A DNA stretch of 51,738 bases from an uncultured Enterobacteriaceae bacterium (GCA_964402775.1 CAYOEQ010000002.1:1-51738); one strand, 5' to 3'; positions 8,711 through 18,768 are shown, counted from the stretch's first letter. Made by a program: numbers and translations. The notes: generated from the letters alone by a model not told the origin.

Positions 8711-9759
8711 CTGGTCAGTACCTCTGCAGCATTCCTGTGGCTGGCAAGCAGGCCGGGGACCCGTTTCGGGTCGGCCCTGCCCCAGCCGCATTCGGTGCCG
8801 ATACCAAAGTCCTTGACGTATTCCCGCGCGATTTCGATGCGCTGCAGGTCACCTTCTTCATCATCGTGGTGTATCAACCCGAAATACACTTTCATTGATC
8901 CCTTGAATTGCGCCAGCGGCATGAAATAAGCATGGTTGGTGCGGTCCTTCGGCACGGGAATATGCAGAAAATCCACTTTACGGTTTACGCCGCCGGCGAT
9001 TCCGTTCATCAGTTCCACCAGTATCCCTGCGTCTTTCGGCATAACCAGGTGCTCATCGTATGGCGTGCCGTAACACAGGTGGTAACCGAGTGTCACATCC
9101 TCCGGTACGGCGTCCCCCAGCGCGGCCAGTTCGGCAGATACCTGTTCCTTGTAGTCGGCGGGGCGATACGGAAAATAATTCTCGAAAATCAGTACTTCCT
9201 GGCAGACATCGTACTGTATGCACAGGTCTTCATGAGGGATGGTGTCGAGTATCCTGTTCAGTGCATTCAGCAGCGATTTCAGGTAGACGCGCTGGTAATC
9301 GTCATAAGACTTGTGGCTGACGTACATGTAGCAACTGGCCATGGGCGTGGGCAGGCATACCTGGAAACGGACTCCGGCAGGTATGACACCTTCCTCCCGC
9401 AGCCGGTTGAATACACTGTAGGAGTATTCCGCTGCCTTGTCATATCCGGTTTCAAACTCGACTTCGTCCGGGTTGACGTCTTCCCTGAAGCGCAACAGCG
9501 GCAGGGATCGTAATAACTTGCCGTCCCACTGGTATAAAGACAGTTCCGGCACCGTCGGGTCGATTTCCATGGCCGGGTGTTCCATAAGCATGGTTCTCTG
9601 GAAATAAATCCAGCGCGCCCGTTCACCGGTCTCGCCATCGGGGATATTATCCAGGTAAGGCCCCAGTTCAGCGCTGATTTCGCGAAAGACCTGTTCACAG
9701 TTGTCCATGGCGATGCTGCCGACCAGGTGGACGCCGGCGAAGCTGTTTGATTGATTCAC
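8698..9759 (-). CDS. Hypothetical protein, possible MetE-C-terminal-like zinc-binding fold
   Basis: 353-aa ORF with a GTG start at 9759. YHLCYG (H-x-C) and a later TECGWGR resemble the Zn ligand segments of cobalamin-independent methionine synthase-like proteins. The function call is weak. Its 3' end overlaps the dioxygenase 3' end by 13 nt. Confidence 0.4.
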   Translation of the reverse strand: MNQSNSFAGVHLVGSIAMDNCEQVFREISAELGPYLDNIPDGETGERARWIYFQRTMLMEHPAMEIDPTVPELSLYQWDGKLLRSLPLLRFREDVNPDEVEFETGYDKAAEYSYSVFNRLREEGVIPAGVRFQVCLPTPMASCYMYVSHKSYDDYQRVYLKSLLNALNRILDTIPHEDLCIQYDVCQEVLIFENYFPYRPADYKEQVSAELAALGDAVPEDVTLGYHLCYGTPYDEHLVMPKDAGILVELMNGIAGGVNRKVDFLHIPVPKDRTNHAYFMPLAQFKGSMKVYFGLIHHDDEEGDLQRIEIAREYVKDFGIGTECGWGRADPKRVPGLLASHRNAAEVLTSHSA

Positions 9760-9866
9760 TGTTTTATCCCTGCAGGTAAATAGGATCGGCAGACTCCGTT
9801 GACAGAGCAGTTGTATCCGGAGTCACGTGAGGTATTATGCATATCGTATGGTGATATACCGAAGCA

Positions 9867-11006
9867 ATGATGTCGAAAGATAACATAATACAAAGCGAAT
9901 TTCCCCAGGCGGAAGGATTGATATACCTGAATCATGCCGGGGTGGCTCCCTGGCCGGCGCGGACCCGGGATGCAGTGGTTGAATTCGCCCGGGAAAACGT
10001 TGCCTACGGCGCCAGCAGGTATTACCTGTTCAGTGAAAAAGAAAACCGGTTGCGCCGCCAGGCCCGGGACCTTATCAACGCCCCTTCAGTTGATGATATC
10101 GCCCTGTTGAAGAATACCTCCGAGGCCTTGTCGGTAGTGGCCGCAGGCATCAGGTGGAACCGGGGCGATAACGTAGTGACGTCCGCCGAGGAATTTCCTT
10201 CCAACTGGATTCCCTGGGATGCGCAGAAGATACACGGCGTCATCCTGAAGAAAGTGAACATCAGGGAGCGATCCTCAGAACAGGCATTGATTGAGGCCTG
10301 TGATAACCGCACCAGGTTGCTGAGTATCAGTTCCGTACAGTTCAGCAGCGGCATCAGGCTGGACCTGGAGTTACTGGGCGACTTCTGCAGGGCAAACAAC
10401 ATACTGTTCTGTGTCGATGCGATCCAGAGTATCGGCGCCCATGACATCGACGTGCAGAAAATACAGGCCGATTTCGTCATGGCCGACGCTCACAAGTGGA
10501 TGCTGGGTCCGGAAGGCATCGCCCTGTTTTATTGCAATGAAGCGGTTCGGGATGAATTGAACCTGTACCAGCACGGGTGGCACATGACGACAACGCCGGA
10601 TGACTTCGACATCCGTTCCTGGCAACCGTCAAAGACCGCCAGGCGCTTCGAACCGGGATCAAACAACCTGCTGGGCGTGTATGCCCTGTCTGCCAGCCTG
10701 AGTCTGATAGAAGACCTGGGCATGGCGTATATAGAGCGGGAACTGGAAGCCAGGGTCTCATACCTGATGGCAAGACTGGCGGAGCATGAAGGGATACGCC
10801 TTATTACGCCGGCCCATCCGGAACGAAGATCGGGGATTGTCGCTTTTCAGGTTACCGGATCAGAGCAACAGGAACTGCATAAACGGCTGATGCAGAACCA
10901 GGTAATATGCGCACTGCGCGGCGGCGCTATCCGCTTTTCTCCCCATTACTATATCAGTATGGATAAACTTAATAAGTCACTTGATATATTAATATCAACT
11001 ATTTGA
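9867..11006 (+). CDS. Class V aminotransferase / cysteine desulfurase-like PLP enzyme
   Basis: 379-aa ORF with LNHAGVAPWP, SISSVQFSSG and ADAHKWMLGPEG (PLP lysine context). Confidence 0.8.
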   Translation: MMSKDNIIQSEFPQAEGLIYLNHAGVAPWPARTRDAVVEFARENVAYGASRYYLFSEKENRLRRQARDLINAPSVDDIALLKNTSEALSVVAAGIRWNRGDNVVTSAEEFPSNWIPWDAQKIHGVILKKVNIRERSSEQALIEACDNRTRLLSISSVQFSSGIRLDLELLGDFCRANNILFCVDAIQSIGAHDIDVQKIQADFVMADAHKWMLGPEGIALFYCNEAVRDELNLYQHGWHMTTTPDDFDIRSWQPSKTARRFEPGSNNLLGVYALSASLSLIEDLGMAYIERELEARVSYLMARLAEHEGIRLITPAHPERRSGIVAFQVTGSEQQELHKRLMQNQVICALRGGAIRFSPHYYISMDKLNKSLDILISTI

Positions 11007-11013
11007 TAAACAA

Positions 11014-11829
11014 TTATTTTATTTTATCTATCGAAAACAAGTTTTTGAAATTGCCGGTTGTCGAATAAATCACATCAGTTATATCAATTTCATGCAGTTC
11101 GGCAATTTTTTCCGCGACATGACGAACGTAAGCGGGCTGGTTCTGTTTGCCGCGGTAAGGAACCGGCGCCAGGTATGGCGCATCGGTCTCTACCAGGATC
11201 CGGTCCAGGGGGAGTTGCCGGGCCACTTCCTGCAGGTCTTTTGCATTGCGAAAGGTGACAATTCCGGAAAAAGAGATATAAAAATTCAAATCCATCGCCT
11301 GTTTTGCCGTTTCCAGGTCATCAACGAAGCAATGCATTACTCCGCCGGCGGCATCCGCTCCTTCTTCCGTGAGGATTTTTATGACGTCTCCCCGGGCTTC
11401 GCGACTGTGGATAATAAGGGGTTTGCCAATCTGTCTTGCTGCGCGAATGTGGGTGCGAAACCGCTGTCTTTGCCACTCAAGGTCGCCCTGGCTCCGGAAA
11501 TAATCCAGACCGGTCTCGCCGATGGCAACCACCGAGGGATCCTCAGCCAGTTCCAGCAGGATGTCTTCGGATAATTCAATTTCCCTGTCGGAGTTCGGGT
11601 GTACGCCTGCCGAGGCTGAAATGCAGGGGTAGGAATCGGCCAGCCGCTTGATGTCAGGGAAGGTCTCAATGTCAACGGAAACACACAGCATATGCCCCAC
11701 CCCAGCCTCCAGCGCTGTGTTGATCACAGCACCTGCCCCGCCCTCCATTTCTATCAGGGGAATGTGGCAGTGTGAATCAATCAAGTACGGGCTTTGCATG
11801 GTTATTTCATCTGCGTTAATCTGCGTCAT
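11014..11829 (-). CDS. ycfH: TatD-family metal-dependent hydrolase (YcfH-like)
   Basis: LIDSHCHI N-terminal metal site. It lies downstream of holB as in E. coli. An alternative ATG at 11799 would give MQSPYLIDSHCH. Confidence 0.85.
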   Translation of the reverse strand: MTQINADEITMQSPYLIDSHCHIPLIEMEGGAGAVINTALEAGVGHMLCVSVDIETFPDIKRLADSYPCISASAGVHPNSDREIELSEDILLELAEDPSVVAIGETGLDYFRSQGDLEWQRQRFRTHIRAARQIGKPLIIHSREARGDVIKILTEEGADAAGGVMHCFVDDLETAKQAMDLNFYISFSGIVTFRNAKDLQEVARQLPLDRILVETDAPYLAPVPYRGKQNQPAYVRHVAEKIAELHEIDITDVIYSTTGNFKNLFSIDKIK

Positions 11830-12814
11830 CTGCGGATAAATTATTGTGCATGGATTGCCAGAGTACGATGATTTCCTCCAGCAGGCTCTGCTTGTTCAGG
11901 TTGGTCTCACCGGTGAGAAATTGGTAGTTCTTCAACGACAGAGCATAACAATCAATCAACTGTGAGAGATGTAATTCACGTGCAATACGGCTCAGATTAA
12001 CGTCAAAATCGGATTGACGGGTAGATTTGCCGGTGCGTAGCGCGGCCATTCTGCTGAACAGGAACAGTAACCGGTTCATCACTTCGGCCGCATCGTTTTT
12101 CTGCCATTTTTCGGCAATCCTGACGGGGTCGGCGTACGGCCGGGCGGCTTCCTGTAAATCTTCCAGCATTTCCTCGCGGTTCTGCAGCGCACCGGTTTCG
12201 TCCAGGTCCAGCGCCCTGAGCGGCGCGTTTCCTGCAAGTTCAAGCAGGTCGCTGGTCTGTGCAGGGTCGTTTATCCGTTTACGCAGCCACTCGGATGCCG
12301 AATGCCGGTCTGTCTGCTTGAAACTGATTAACCGGCAGCGACTGCGAATGGTAACGGGCAGTCTTGCAGGTTGATAGGAAACCAGTATAAGCAATGTTGA
12401 CAGCGTCGGCTCTTCCAGGGTTTTCAGCAAGCTGTTGGCCGAGTGCCGGTTCATACCCTCAGCCGGTTCTATGACGGCGATTTTACGCCTGCCATACTGA
12501 TTGCTGAGTTGCAGGTAGGCTATCATCTCGCGGATAGCATCCACCTTGATTTGTGAACCATTATCTTCCGGACTTATCAACCTGATGTCCGGATGATTGC
12601 CGGCATTAAACAATATACAGGATCGGCACTGTTCACACGCTGCGCGGCGCGCTGGTGTTTCACATAACAGGTACCGGGAAAGCTCCCGGGCAAAATGCCC
12701 CATGCCGCTTCCTTCCGCCCCGCTCAGCAACAACGCGTGGGCCAGCATGTTCCGGTCGGCGGCAACCCGGACCTGTTCCCATTGTTTCAACTGCCAGGGA
12801 TAAGGCATGAGCAT
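11816..12814 (-). CDS. holB: DNA polymerase III subunit delta-prime
   Basis: HALLLSGAEGSGMGHFA and the zinc module C..C(EQ)CRSC. The tmk-holB-ycfH synteny is conserved. Confidence 0.88.
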   Translation of the reverse strand: MLMPYPWQLKQWEQVRVAADRNMLAHALLLSGAEGSGMGHFARELSRYLLCETPARRAACEQCRSCILFNAGNHPDIRLISPEDNGSQIKVDAIREMIAYLQLSNQYGRRKIAVIEPAEGMNRHSANSLLKTLEEPTLSTLLILVSYQPARLPVTIRSRCRLISFKQTDRHSASEWLRKRINDPAQTSDLLELAGNAPLRALDLDETGALQNREEMLEDLQEAARPYADPVRIAEKWQKNDAAEVMNRLLFLFSRMAALRTGKSTRQSDFDVNLSRIARELHLSQLIDCYALSLKNYQFLTGETNLNKQSLLEEIIVLWQSMHNNLSADDAD

Positions 12815-12827
12815 CGTTCGGGGATTG

Positions 12828-13457
12828 TCAGCATAAACCGTTTTCCCTGAGTATCGTCCGTATTTCGTCCGCTATTTCATCAGCTCCCCTTGCGGCGTCG
12901 ATGACGCGGATTCTTTCAGGATATCGTTGGGACAGGTCCAGGTAACTGCGCCTGACACGTTGGAAAAAACTTATTGTCTCTGCTTCAAGCCGATCAGGTT
13001 TACTGCGCTCACCGATTCGGGCGAGACCGGTTTCGACCGGGGCGTCGAACAACAGGGTCAGGTCCGGCCTGAGCGTGTTCTGAACCATGTCCTGAAGCTG
13101 GGCTATCAGCTTCTCATCAACGCCGCGCCCTCCTCCCTGGTAGGCAAAAGTAGCATCGGTGAACCTGTCGCACAGTACGATTTTACCTGCCTTCAGCGAC
13201 GGTTCTATCACATCGTGTATATGCAGACGGCGAGCTGCGAATACCAGGAGCATTTCCGTCATTCCGTCAATGCCGTCATTACCGGCCTTTAACATGATGT
13301 TACGGATGGCCTCTCCGGAACTGGTGCCGCCGGGTTCCCTGGTTATAATGACTTTGCCGGGGTGCTTCGCATCGAGCAGGTCGAAGGCTTTTTTTGCCTG
13401 GGTGGTTTTGCCCACTCCCTCTATGCCTTCGAATGTAATAAAAAAACCTGTCATCAC
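12828..13457 (-). CDS. tmk: dTMP (thymidylate) kinase
   Basis: P-loop FITFEGIEGVGKTTQ and the CDRFTDATFAYQGGGRG lid region. Confidence 0.92.
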   Translation of the reverse strand: MMTGFFITFEGIEGVGKTTQAKKAFDLLDAKHPGKVIITREPGGTSSGEAIRNIMLKAGNDGIDGMTEMLLVFAARRLHIHDVIEPSLKAGKIVLCDRFTDATFAYQGGGRGVDEKLIAQLQDMVQNTLRPDLTLLFDAPVETGLARIGERSKPDRLEAETISFFQRVRRSYLDLSQRYPERIRVIDAARGADEIADEIRTILRENGLC

Positions 13458-14449
13458 TTAAGCTGGTATTCTGCTACTGCCCTGTTGTGTTCTGCAAGAG
13501 TCCGGGAAAAGTGGTGGCGACCGTTTTCTCCCGTTGCGACAAAAAACAGGGCCTCTCCCGGTTCGGGTTGCAGCGCTGCGCGTATTGAAGCTCTTCCTGC
13601 AGCGGCGATAGGCGTAGGCGGCAATCCCTTGTAGCGGTAGGTGTTGAATGGTGAATCGATATCCAGGTCCTTGTGCCTGATGTCCCCGTCAAAGCTCTCT
13701 CCTATCGCATATATCACTGTAGGGTCCGTCTGCAGTTTCATGTCTCTTTCCAGCCGGCGTATGAATACTCCTGCGATCCGTTCCCTTTCGTCGGCAACCG
13801 CTGTTTCCTTTTCAATCAATGAAGCCATTATCAATGCCTGGTAAGGTGACCGGTACGGCAGTCCGGTCATACGCAGTTCCCATTCGTCGTTTAATACTGC
13901 TTCCATCTGCTTGAATGCGCGGCGCAAAAAATCAACATCTGTAGTTTCCGCCGGGAAATAATAGGTGTCGGGAAAAAAACGTCCCTCTGCGGAATAACCG
14001 GGATAACCTATTTCCGTCATGACGCGTTGCGGGTCCGTTGAGGTCAACACCCTCCTGATGTGCGGGTGTTCGTGAAGCGAAGCCATGATCTGTCTGAAGG
14101 TCCAGCCTTCCGGTATCGTCAGCGCGTATTGGGTAATTTTTCCCGCCACTATCATATCCAGCAGGGAAAGGGCCGTGGCGCCGGGCGCAAGCTGGTACTG
14201 GCCGGCCTTTATCAGGCCGTCCACCCCGCGAATTTTGCCTTCAAGTTCCAGGTATAGCGGGTAATCGAACCAGCCCCGCCGGGCTACCTCATCGGCAACA
14301 GCAAGCAGGGACATGCCTGGCTCGATGGCGAAAAGTTCGGTGCGGTCCAGCTTGAGCGGCGCAATCAACTGTGCCTGCATGTCCTGATAAAGCCACCATC
14401 CGACCAGGATGAACAGAATGACGGGGATGAATAGCAGTTTCCGCATCAA
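13454..14449 (-). CDS. mltG: Endolytic murein transglycosylase MltG (YceG)
   Basis: N-terminal transmembrane segment, an ASLIEKET motif, and 4-nt overlaps with both tmk and pabC. Confidence 0.9.
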   Translation of the reverse strand: MMRKLLFIPVILFILVGWWLYQDMQAQLIAPLKLDRTELFAIEPGMSLLAVADEVARRGWFDYPLYLELEGKIRGVDGLIKAGQYQLAPGATALSLLDMIVAGKITQYALTIPEGWTFRQIMASLHEHPHIRRVLTSTDPQRVMTEIGYPGYSAEGRFFPDTYYFPAETTDVDFLRRAFKQMEAVLNDEWELRMTGLPYRSPYQALIMASLIEKETAVADERERIAGVFIRRLERDMKLQTDPTVIYAIGESFDGDIRHKDLDIDSPFNTYRYKGLPPTPIAAAGRASIRAALQPEPGEALFFVATGENGRHHFSRTLAEHNRAVAEYQLK

Positions 14450-15276
14450 ACAACAGCAATCACGTTTTCGCTGGTTAATTTCTTCATGAATTCGAGGGCC
14501 GTATCAATGCCGTTGAACACTTTATTGCCGATACACCTGACCGGCCAGACACCTATCACGCTGTTGCAATAGAATACTTCATCTGCCTCATACAATTCTT
14601 CCGGTTTTATCTCCCTGATACCTGTTTCATTACCTGCTGCCTCATTCCGCTCAATTATTGAATTTCTTATCACGCCTTCGATACCGCAACGGGACAGGTC
14701 CGGAGTTACCAGTTTACCGTCTTTTACCATGAACAGGTTGCTCATGGAACCTTCTATGACATTGTCATGCGGGTCCAGCGCTACACCCTCCGGATAAGGT
14801 GTAACTGCGATCTCAGAGCGCAGCAGAACCTGTTCCAGCCGGTTGAGATGTTTGATGCCGGCGAGATCGGGCGTATGAGCAAGGCGGCGTGTGCATATAT
14901 ATGACGGGATGCCCTCCCGGTAATATGCCGCCGGATAGGCCGGGCGTTCATGGACCGTCATTATCCTGTTGGGCGTAACCTCTTCAGGAAATCCATAACC
15001 CCGCCCACCGGCGCCACGGGTAACGACGATTTTCAGTACTGCCGCTTCGTGTGAGCGGCAAAGCTGCAGCGCCTCATGCTCCAGCAGGTTCCTGTCCGGA
15101 CAGGCTATGGATAAATGCCGGCAACCTGCTTCCAGTCTGGCAAAATGCGCTTCACGGCAAAGTGGCTCTCCTGACTGGACCGCGACCGTCTCGAACACGC
15201 CGTCGCCGAACTGAAGGCCGCGATCATGGATGGATATGACGCCGCCGGGTTCGCCGTTGACCAGAGCGTTTATCAC
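14446..15276 (-). CDS. pabC: Aminodeoxychorismate lyase (class IV aminotransferase fold)
   Basis: 276-aa class IV PLP-fold ORF with a GTG start. It sits between fabF and mltG exactly as in E. coli. Confidence 0.8.
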   Translation of the reverse strand: MINALVNGEPGGVISIHDRGLQFGDGVFETVAVQSGEPLCREAHFARLEAGCRHLSIACPDRNLLEHEALQLCRSHEAAVLKIVVTRGAGGRGYGFPEEVTPNRIMTVHERPAYPAAYYREGIPSYICTRRLAHTPDLAGIKHLNRLEQVLLRSEIAVTPYPEGVALDPHDNVIEGSMSNLFMVKDGKLVTPDLSRCGIEGVIRNSIIERNEAAGNETGIREIKPEELYEADEVFYCNSVIGVWPVRCIGNKVFNGIDTALEFMKKLTSENVIAVV

Positions 15277-15308
15277 CTTGCACGGACGAGTTCAAAGATT
15301 CCCATGAT

Positions 15309-16547
15309 TTATATCCGCTTCAAAATGACACACCCGTTAGTGCCGCCGAAGCCGAAGGAGTTGCATATCACGTGGTTTAATTCCATATCCCGCGCCTCAT
15401 GGGGAACATAATCCAGATCACAGTCAGGATCGGGATTATCCAGGTTAATGGTAGGAGGCGCCACCTGATCGCGTAATGCCAGGGCGCAGAATATGGTTTC
15501 GACACTGCCGGCGGCTCCAAGCATATGACCGGACATGGATTTCGTAGAGCTGATTACCAGGCGTTTTGCATGTTCGCCGAAAACCGATTTGACGGCATTG
15601 CTTTCGACGATATCACCTGCCGGCGTTGAGGTGCCGTGGGCGTTGATATAGTCTATGTCGGTTTTGTCGATACCTGCGTTCCCAAGAGCCATTTGCATGC
15701 ATCGTATCGCCCCTTCCCCGTCCTCGGAAGGCGCGGTCATATGGTAAGCGTCTCCATTCATGGCGGACCCGGTGAGCTCGGCATATACATTGGCGCCCCT
15801 GGCTCTGGCATGTTCAAATTCTTCCAGGACTATTACGCCTGCGCCGTCACTCAACACAAACCCGTCCCTGTCCCTGTCCCAGGGCCGGCTTGCTTTTTGC
15901 GGTTCGTCGTTACGTGTGGATAGTGCTTTTGCATTGGCAAATCCGGCCATGGACGTGGGAGACGAGGCAAACTCAGCGCCGCCTGCCACCATCGCGTCCG
16001 CATCACCATGCTCGATGATCCGGGCCGCTTCACTTATGTTATGGGTGCCGGTCGCGCACGCGGTCACAATGCTGAAATTAGGCCCCTTGAAACCAAAGCG
16101 AATAGACAGGTTGCCGGAAATCATGTTGATAATATTGGCGGGGACGAAGAATGGCGAGATCCTTCTCGGACCGCTGTTCAGGATGGTGTCACGCCCTTTT
16201 TCTATGCCTGAAATACCGCCTATGCCGGAACCGATAGCGACCCCGATTCGATACGGGTCAACTTTATCTGTGTCCATCCCTGCATCATGCACCGCCTGGA
16301 TGCCCGCCGCCATACCGTAATGTATGAAGGTGCCCATCTTTTTTTGATCTTTCCTGGGGATAAAGGCATCCAGGTCAAGGTTCTTTACCAACCCGGCTAT
16401 CCTTACGGGATATCCGCCGGCATCAAAGTGAGTAATCGTGGAAATCCCACTGTTGCCCGCTAAAGTGTTCTTCCATGCCTCCTCGACTGTATTTCCCATA
16501 GGGGTAACCAGGCCGAGGCCGGTGATAACAACCCGTCGTTTATTCAT
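15309..16547 (-). CDS. fabF: 3-oxoacyl-ACP synthase II
   Basis: Active-site VTACATG, plus [20 protein letters not shown] and NSFGFGGTN. Confidence 0.96.
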   Translation of the reverse strand: MNKRRVVITGLGLVTPMGNTVEEAWKNTLAGNSGISTITHFDAGGYPVRIAGLVKNLDLDAFIPRKDQKKMGTFIHYGMAAGIQAVHDAGMDTDKVDPYRIGVAIGSGIGGISGIEKGRDTILNSGPRRISPFFVPANIINMISGNLSIRFGFKGPNFSIVTACATGTHNISEAARIIEHGDADAMVAGGAEFASSPTSMAGFANAKALSTRNDEPQKASRPWDRDRDGFVLSDGAGVIVLEEFEHARARGANVYAELTGSAMNGDAYHMTAPSEDGEGAIRCMQMALGNAGIDKTDIDYINAHGTSTPAGDIVESNAVKSVFGEHAKRLVISSTKSMSGHMLGAAGSVETIFCALALRDQVAPPTINLDNPDPDCDLDYVPHEARDMELNHVICNSFGFGGTNGCVILKRI

Positions 16548-16576
16548 TGTTCGGAAAATTATTGATCGTATATATG

Positions 16577-16615
16577 AAAAAAAGGCCGCTTTCGGTGATC
16601 CAGTGAAGCGGCCTT
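16577..16615 (-). terminator. Intrinsic terminator/attenuator between acpP and fabF
   Basis: On the minus strand, a 10-bp GC-rich stem (AAGGCCGCUU / AAGCGGCCUU; 16606-16615 pairs with 16582-16591) has a 14-nt loop and is followed by a U-run (A-run 16577-16583 on plus). It begins 21 nt after the acpP stop. Confidence 0.6.
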
Positions 16616-16636
16616 GTCAGGGACTAGTCAGGGCAG

Positions 16637-16873
16637 TTATTCAAGATGAGTGTCAATATAGTCGATTGCCTGTTGTACGGTTGTTATTTTTTCTGCGTCT
16701 TCATCGGGTATTTCGATTTTGAATTCTTCTTCCAGAGCCATCACTAATTCTACTGTATCAAGCGAATCAGCCCCTAAATCATCAACAAACGATGCTTCAC
16801 TGGTAACTTCCTCTTCTTTAACCCCGAGCTGCTCTACAATGATTTTCATCACTCGTTCTTCAACGTTGCTCAT
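16637..16873 (-). CDS. acpP: Acyl carrier protein
   Basis: 78 aa with [19 protein letters not shown] (phosphopantetheinylated Ser in DSL). A strong AAGGAGG Shine-Dalgarno lies upstream. Confidence 0.97.
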   Translation of the reverse strand: MSNVEERVMKIIVEQLGVKEEEVTSEASFVDDLGADSLDTVELVMALEEEFKIEIPDEDAEKITTVQQAIDYIDTHLE

Positions 16874-17061
16874 GTGATATAACCTCCTTCTACGGTACTA
16901 AGACCAAAAGCCGATGTACGATAAGCCAAATAATCCCTGCTTTCAAGTTGTTTTTTGGCAATAAAAAAACATCTATGCAACAACGAAATATTATTATTGT
17001 GTTTTCTGCATATTATAGTCTCTGTGAAACCCAATAGAAAGACTTTTGCGTTTCTCATATC

Positions 17062-17811
17062 TCACGCCATATACATACCGCCGTTTACGTTAAGCACCTC
17101 GCCGGTTATGTAACCGGCAGCCGGTGATGCGATAAATTCGACAGCATACGCTACGTCATCAGCGAGACCAAGTCGCCCCAGGGGAATTTGCTCAAGCAGT
17201 TTTTCGCGCTGGCCGGCTGCGAGCTTCGCTGTCATGTCGGTATCAATGAAGCCCGGAGCAATGCAGTTGACAGTGATGCTTCGGCTGCCGGTTTCCTTGG
17301 CCAGCGCACGTGTAAAACCTATGATGCCCGATTTGGCCGCAACGTAATTGGTTTGTCCGGGATTCCCCGACAGCGCCACGACTGAGGTGATATTGATTAT
17401 CCGGCCATAGCGTGACTTGATCATGTTGCGCAGGCACAATTTACTGAGGCGATAAACAGCAGTCAGGTTGGTGTTAATGACTTCATCCCACTCCTGCTGT
17501 TTCATCCTCAACATCAGGTTATCCCGGGTGATTCCTGCATTATTCACCAGTATTGAAGGCGTTATGGACGCTGTTTTCAATACTTCATCCAGTTGTGCTA
17601 CCGAATCATCTGCGCTTATGTCCAGTACGAAGCCCCTGCCTTCTATTCCTGTTTCCCTGAAAAATTCTTCGATTCCTGCGGCGCCGGTTTCAGTTGTTGA
17701 CGTGCCCGCAACAAAAGCGCCGGAACGCCCAAGCCGTCCGGCGATTGCCTTTCCTATTCCCCGGCTCGCACCCGTTACCAGGGCAACCTGCTCTTTGAGA
17801 TGAAAGTCCAT
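17062..17811 (-). CDS. fabG: 3-oxoacyl-ACP reductase
   Basis: SDR motifs TGASRGIGKAIA, NNAG and YVAAKSG. Confidence 0.95.
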   Translation of the reverse strand: MDFHLKEQVALVTGASRGIGKAIAGRLGRSGAFVAGTSTTETGAAGIEEFFRETGIEGRGFVLDISADDSVAQLDEVLKTASITPSILVNNAGITRDNLMLRMKQQEWDEVINTNLTAVYRLSKLCLRNMIKSRYGRIINITSVVALSGNPGQTNYVAAKSGIIGFTRALAKETGSRSITVNCIAPGFIDTDMTAKLAAGQREKLLEQIPLGRLGLADDVAYAVEFIASPAAGYITGEVLNVNGGMYMA

Positions 17812-17818
17812 CTGCGGA

Positions 17819-18763
17819 TTATATCAACAAGGCGGCTTCAAGGGACTCCCTGTCAGAAATGTTGGCGCAGACAATTTTTTTATCTATGCGCCTGATCAGG
17901 CCGCTCAGCACCTTGCCGGGGCCGCACTCTATCATTGCGGTGGTCCCCAGTCGCTGCATGGTTGTTACACACCTTGACCACAGCACGGATTGACGCAACT
18001 GGAGGACAAGAGCGTGTTTAATCTCATGAGGGTCGGTCTGCGCCCTGGCATCGACGTTTTGTACAACCGGTATTGCGGCAGGCATAAACGTAATTTCATT
18101 GACGAGTGAGTGCAGCCTGTCCGCCGCAGGCGTCATCAGGCGACAATGGGACGGCACGCTGACCGGCAATGGTGTGACTCGTCGGGCTCCTGACTCTTTA
18201 GCGAGCAAGCACGCGCGATCCACTGCAACGGTATCGCCGGCAATAACCACCTGTCCCGGGAAATTGAAATTCGCTGCTGAGACAACTTCATCCTGCGCGG
18301 CGTTGGCACAGACATCGATTACCGTCTCATCATCCAGACCCGAAATGGCAGCCATGGCCCCTGTTCCACGGGGTACGGCTTCCTGCATAAACCGGCCCCG
18401 TTCGGCTACCAGTCCGACCGCATCGGTAAAATTGATGACTCCGGCGCACACCAGGGCAGAATACTCGCCCAGGCTATGTCCGGCCATATACATCGGGAGG
18501 GTTCCTCCCCGCTCCTGCCAGATTTGCCAGGCGGCATAACTGGCAGCCAGTAATGCCGGTTGGGTATATTCGGTTTGATGCAGTTTCTCCTCCGGCCCGT
18601 TTATGCACAGGGACAACAGGTCATAGCCCAGTACCGCGGATGCGTCGGCAAATGCCCTGCCTGCCGCAGGGAAGTTTTCCGCCAGGTCGGAGAACATGCC
18701 TATGTGTTGGGAGCCCTGTCCGGGAAACACAAAAGCTATTTTAACTTGTCTTTTTTTCGCCAT
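17819..18763 (-). CDS. fabD: Malonyl-CoA:ACP transacylase
   Basis: FVFPGQGSQ and GHSLGEYSA. I place the start at ATG 18763 (MAKKRQVKIAFVFPGQGSQ) because this exact start context is duplicated next to the fabH stop. An in-frame alternative ATG at 18805 is preceded by GAGGGAGGGAG inside the inserted segment. Confidence 0.92.
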   Translation of the reverse strand: MAKKRQVKIAFVFPGQGSQHIGMFSDLAENFPAAGRAFADASAVLGYDLLSLCINGPEEKLHQTEYTQPALLAASYAAWQIWQERGGTLPMYMAGHSLGEYSALVCAGVINFTDAVGLVAERGRFMQEAVPRGTGAMAAISGLDDETVIDVCANAAQDEVVSAANFNFPGQVVIAGDTVAVDRACLLAKESGARRVTPLPVSVPSHCRLMTPAADRLHSLVNEITFMPAAIPVVQNVDARAQTDPHEIKHALVLQLRQSVLWSRCVTTMQRLGTTAMIECGPGKVLSGLIRRIDKKIVCANISDRESLEAALLI

Positions 18764-18768
18764 GCTTC
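18743..18768. repeat. 26-nt direct repeat, copy 1 (true fabD start context)
   Basis: aacttgtctttttttcgccatgcttc is identical to 18864-18889. Confidence 0.95.
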
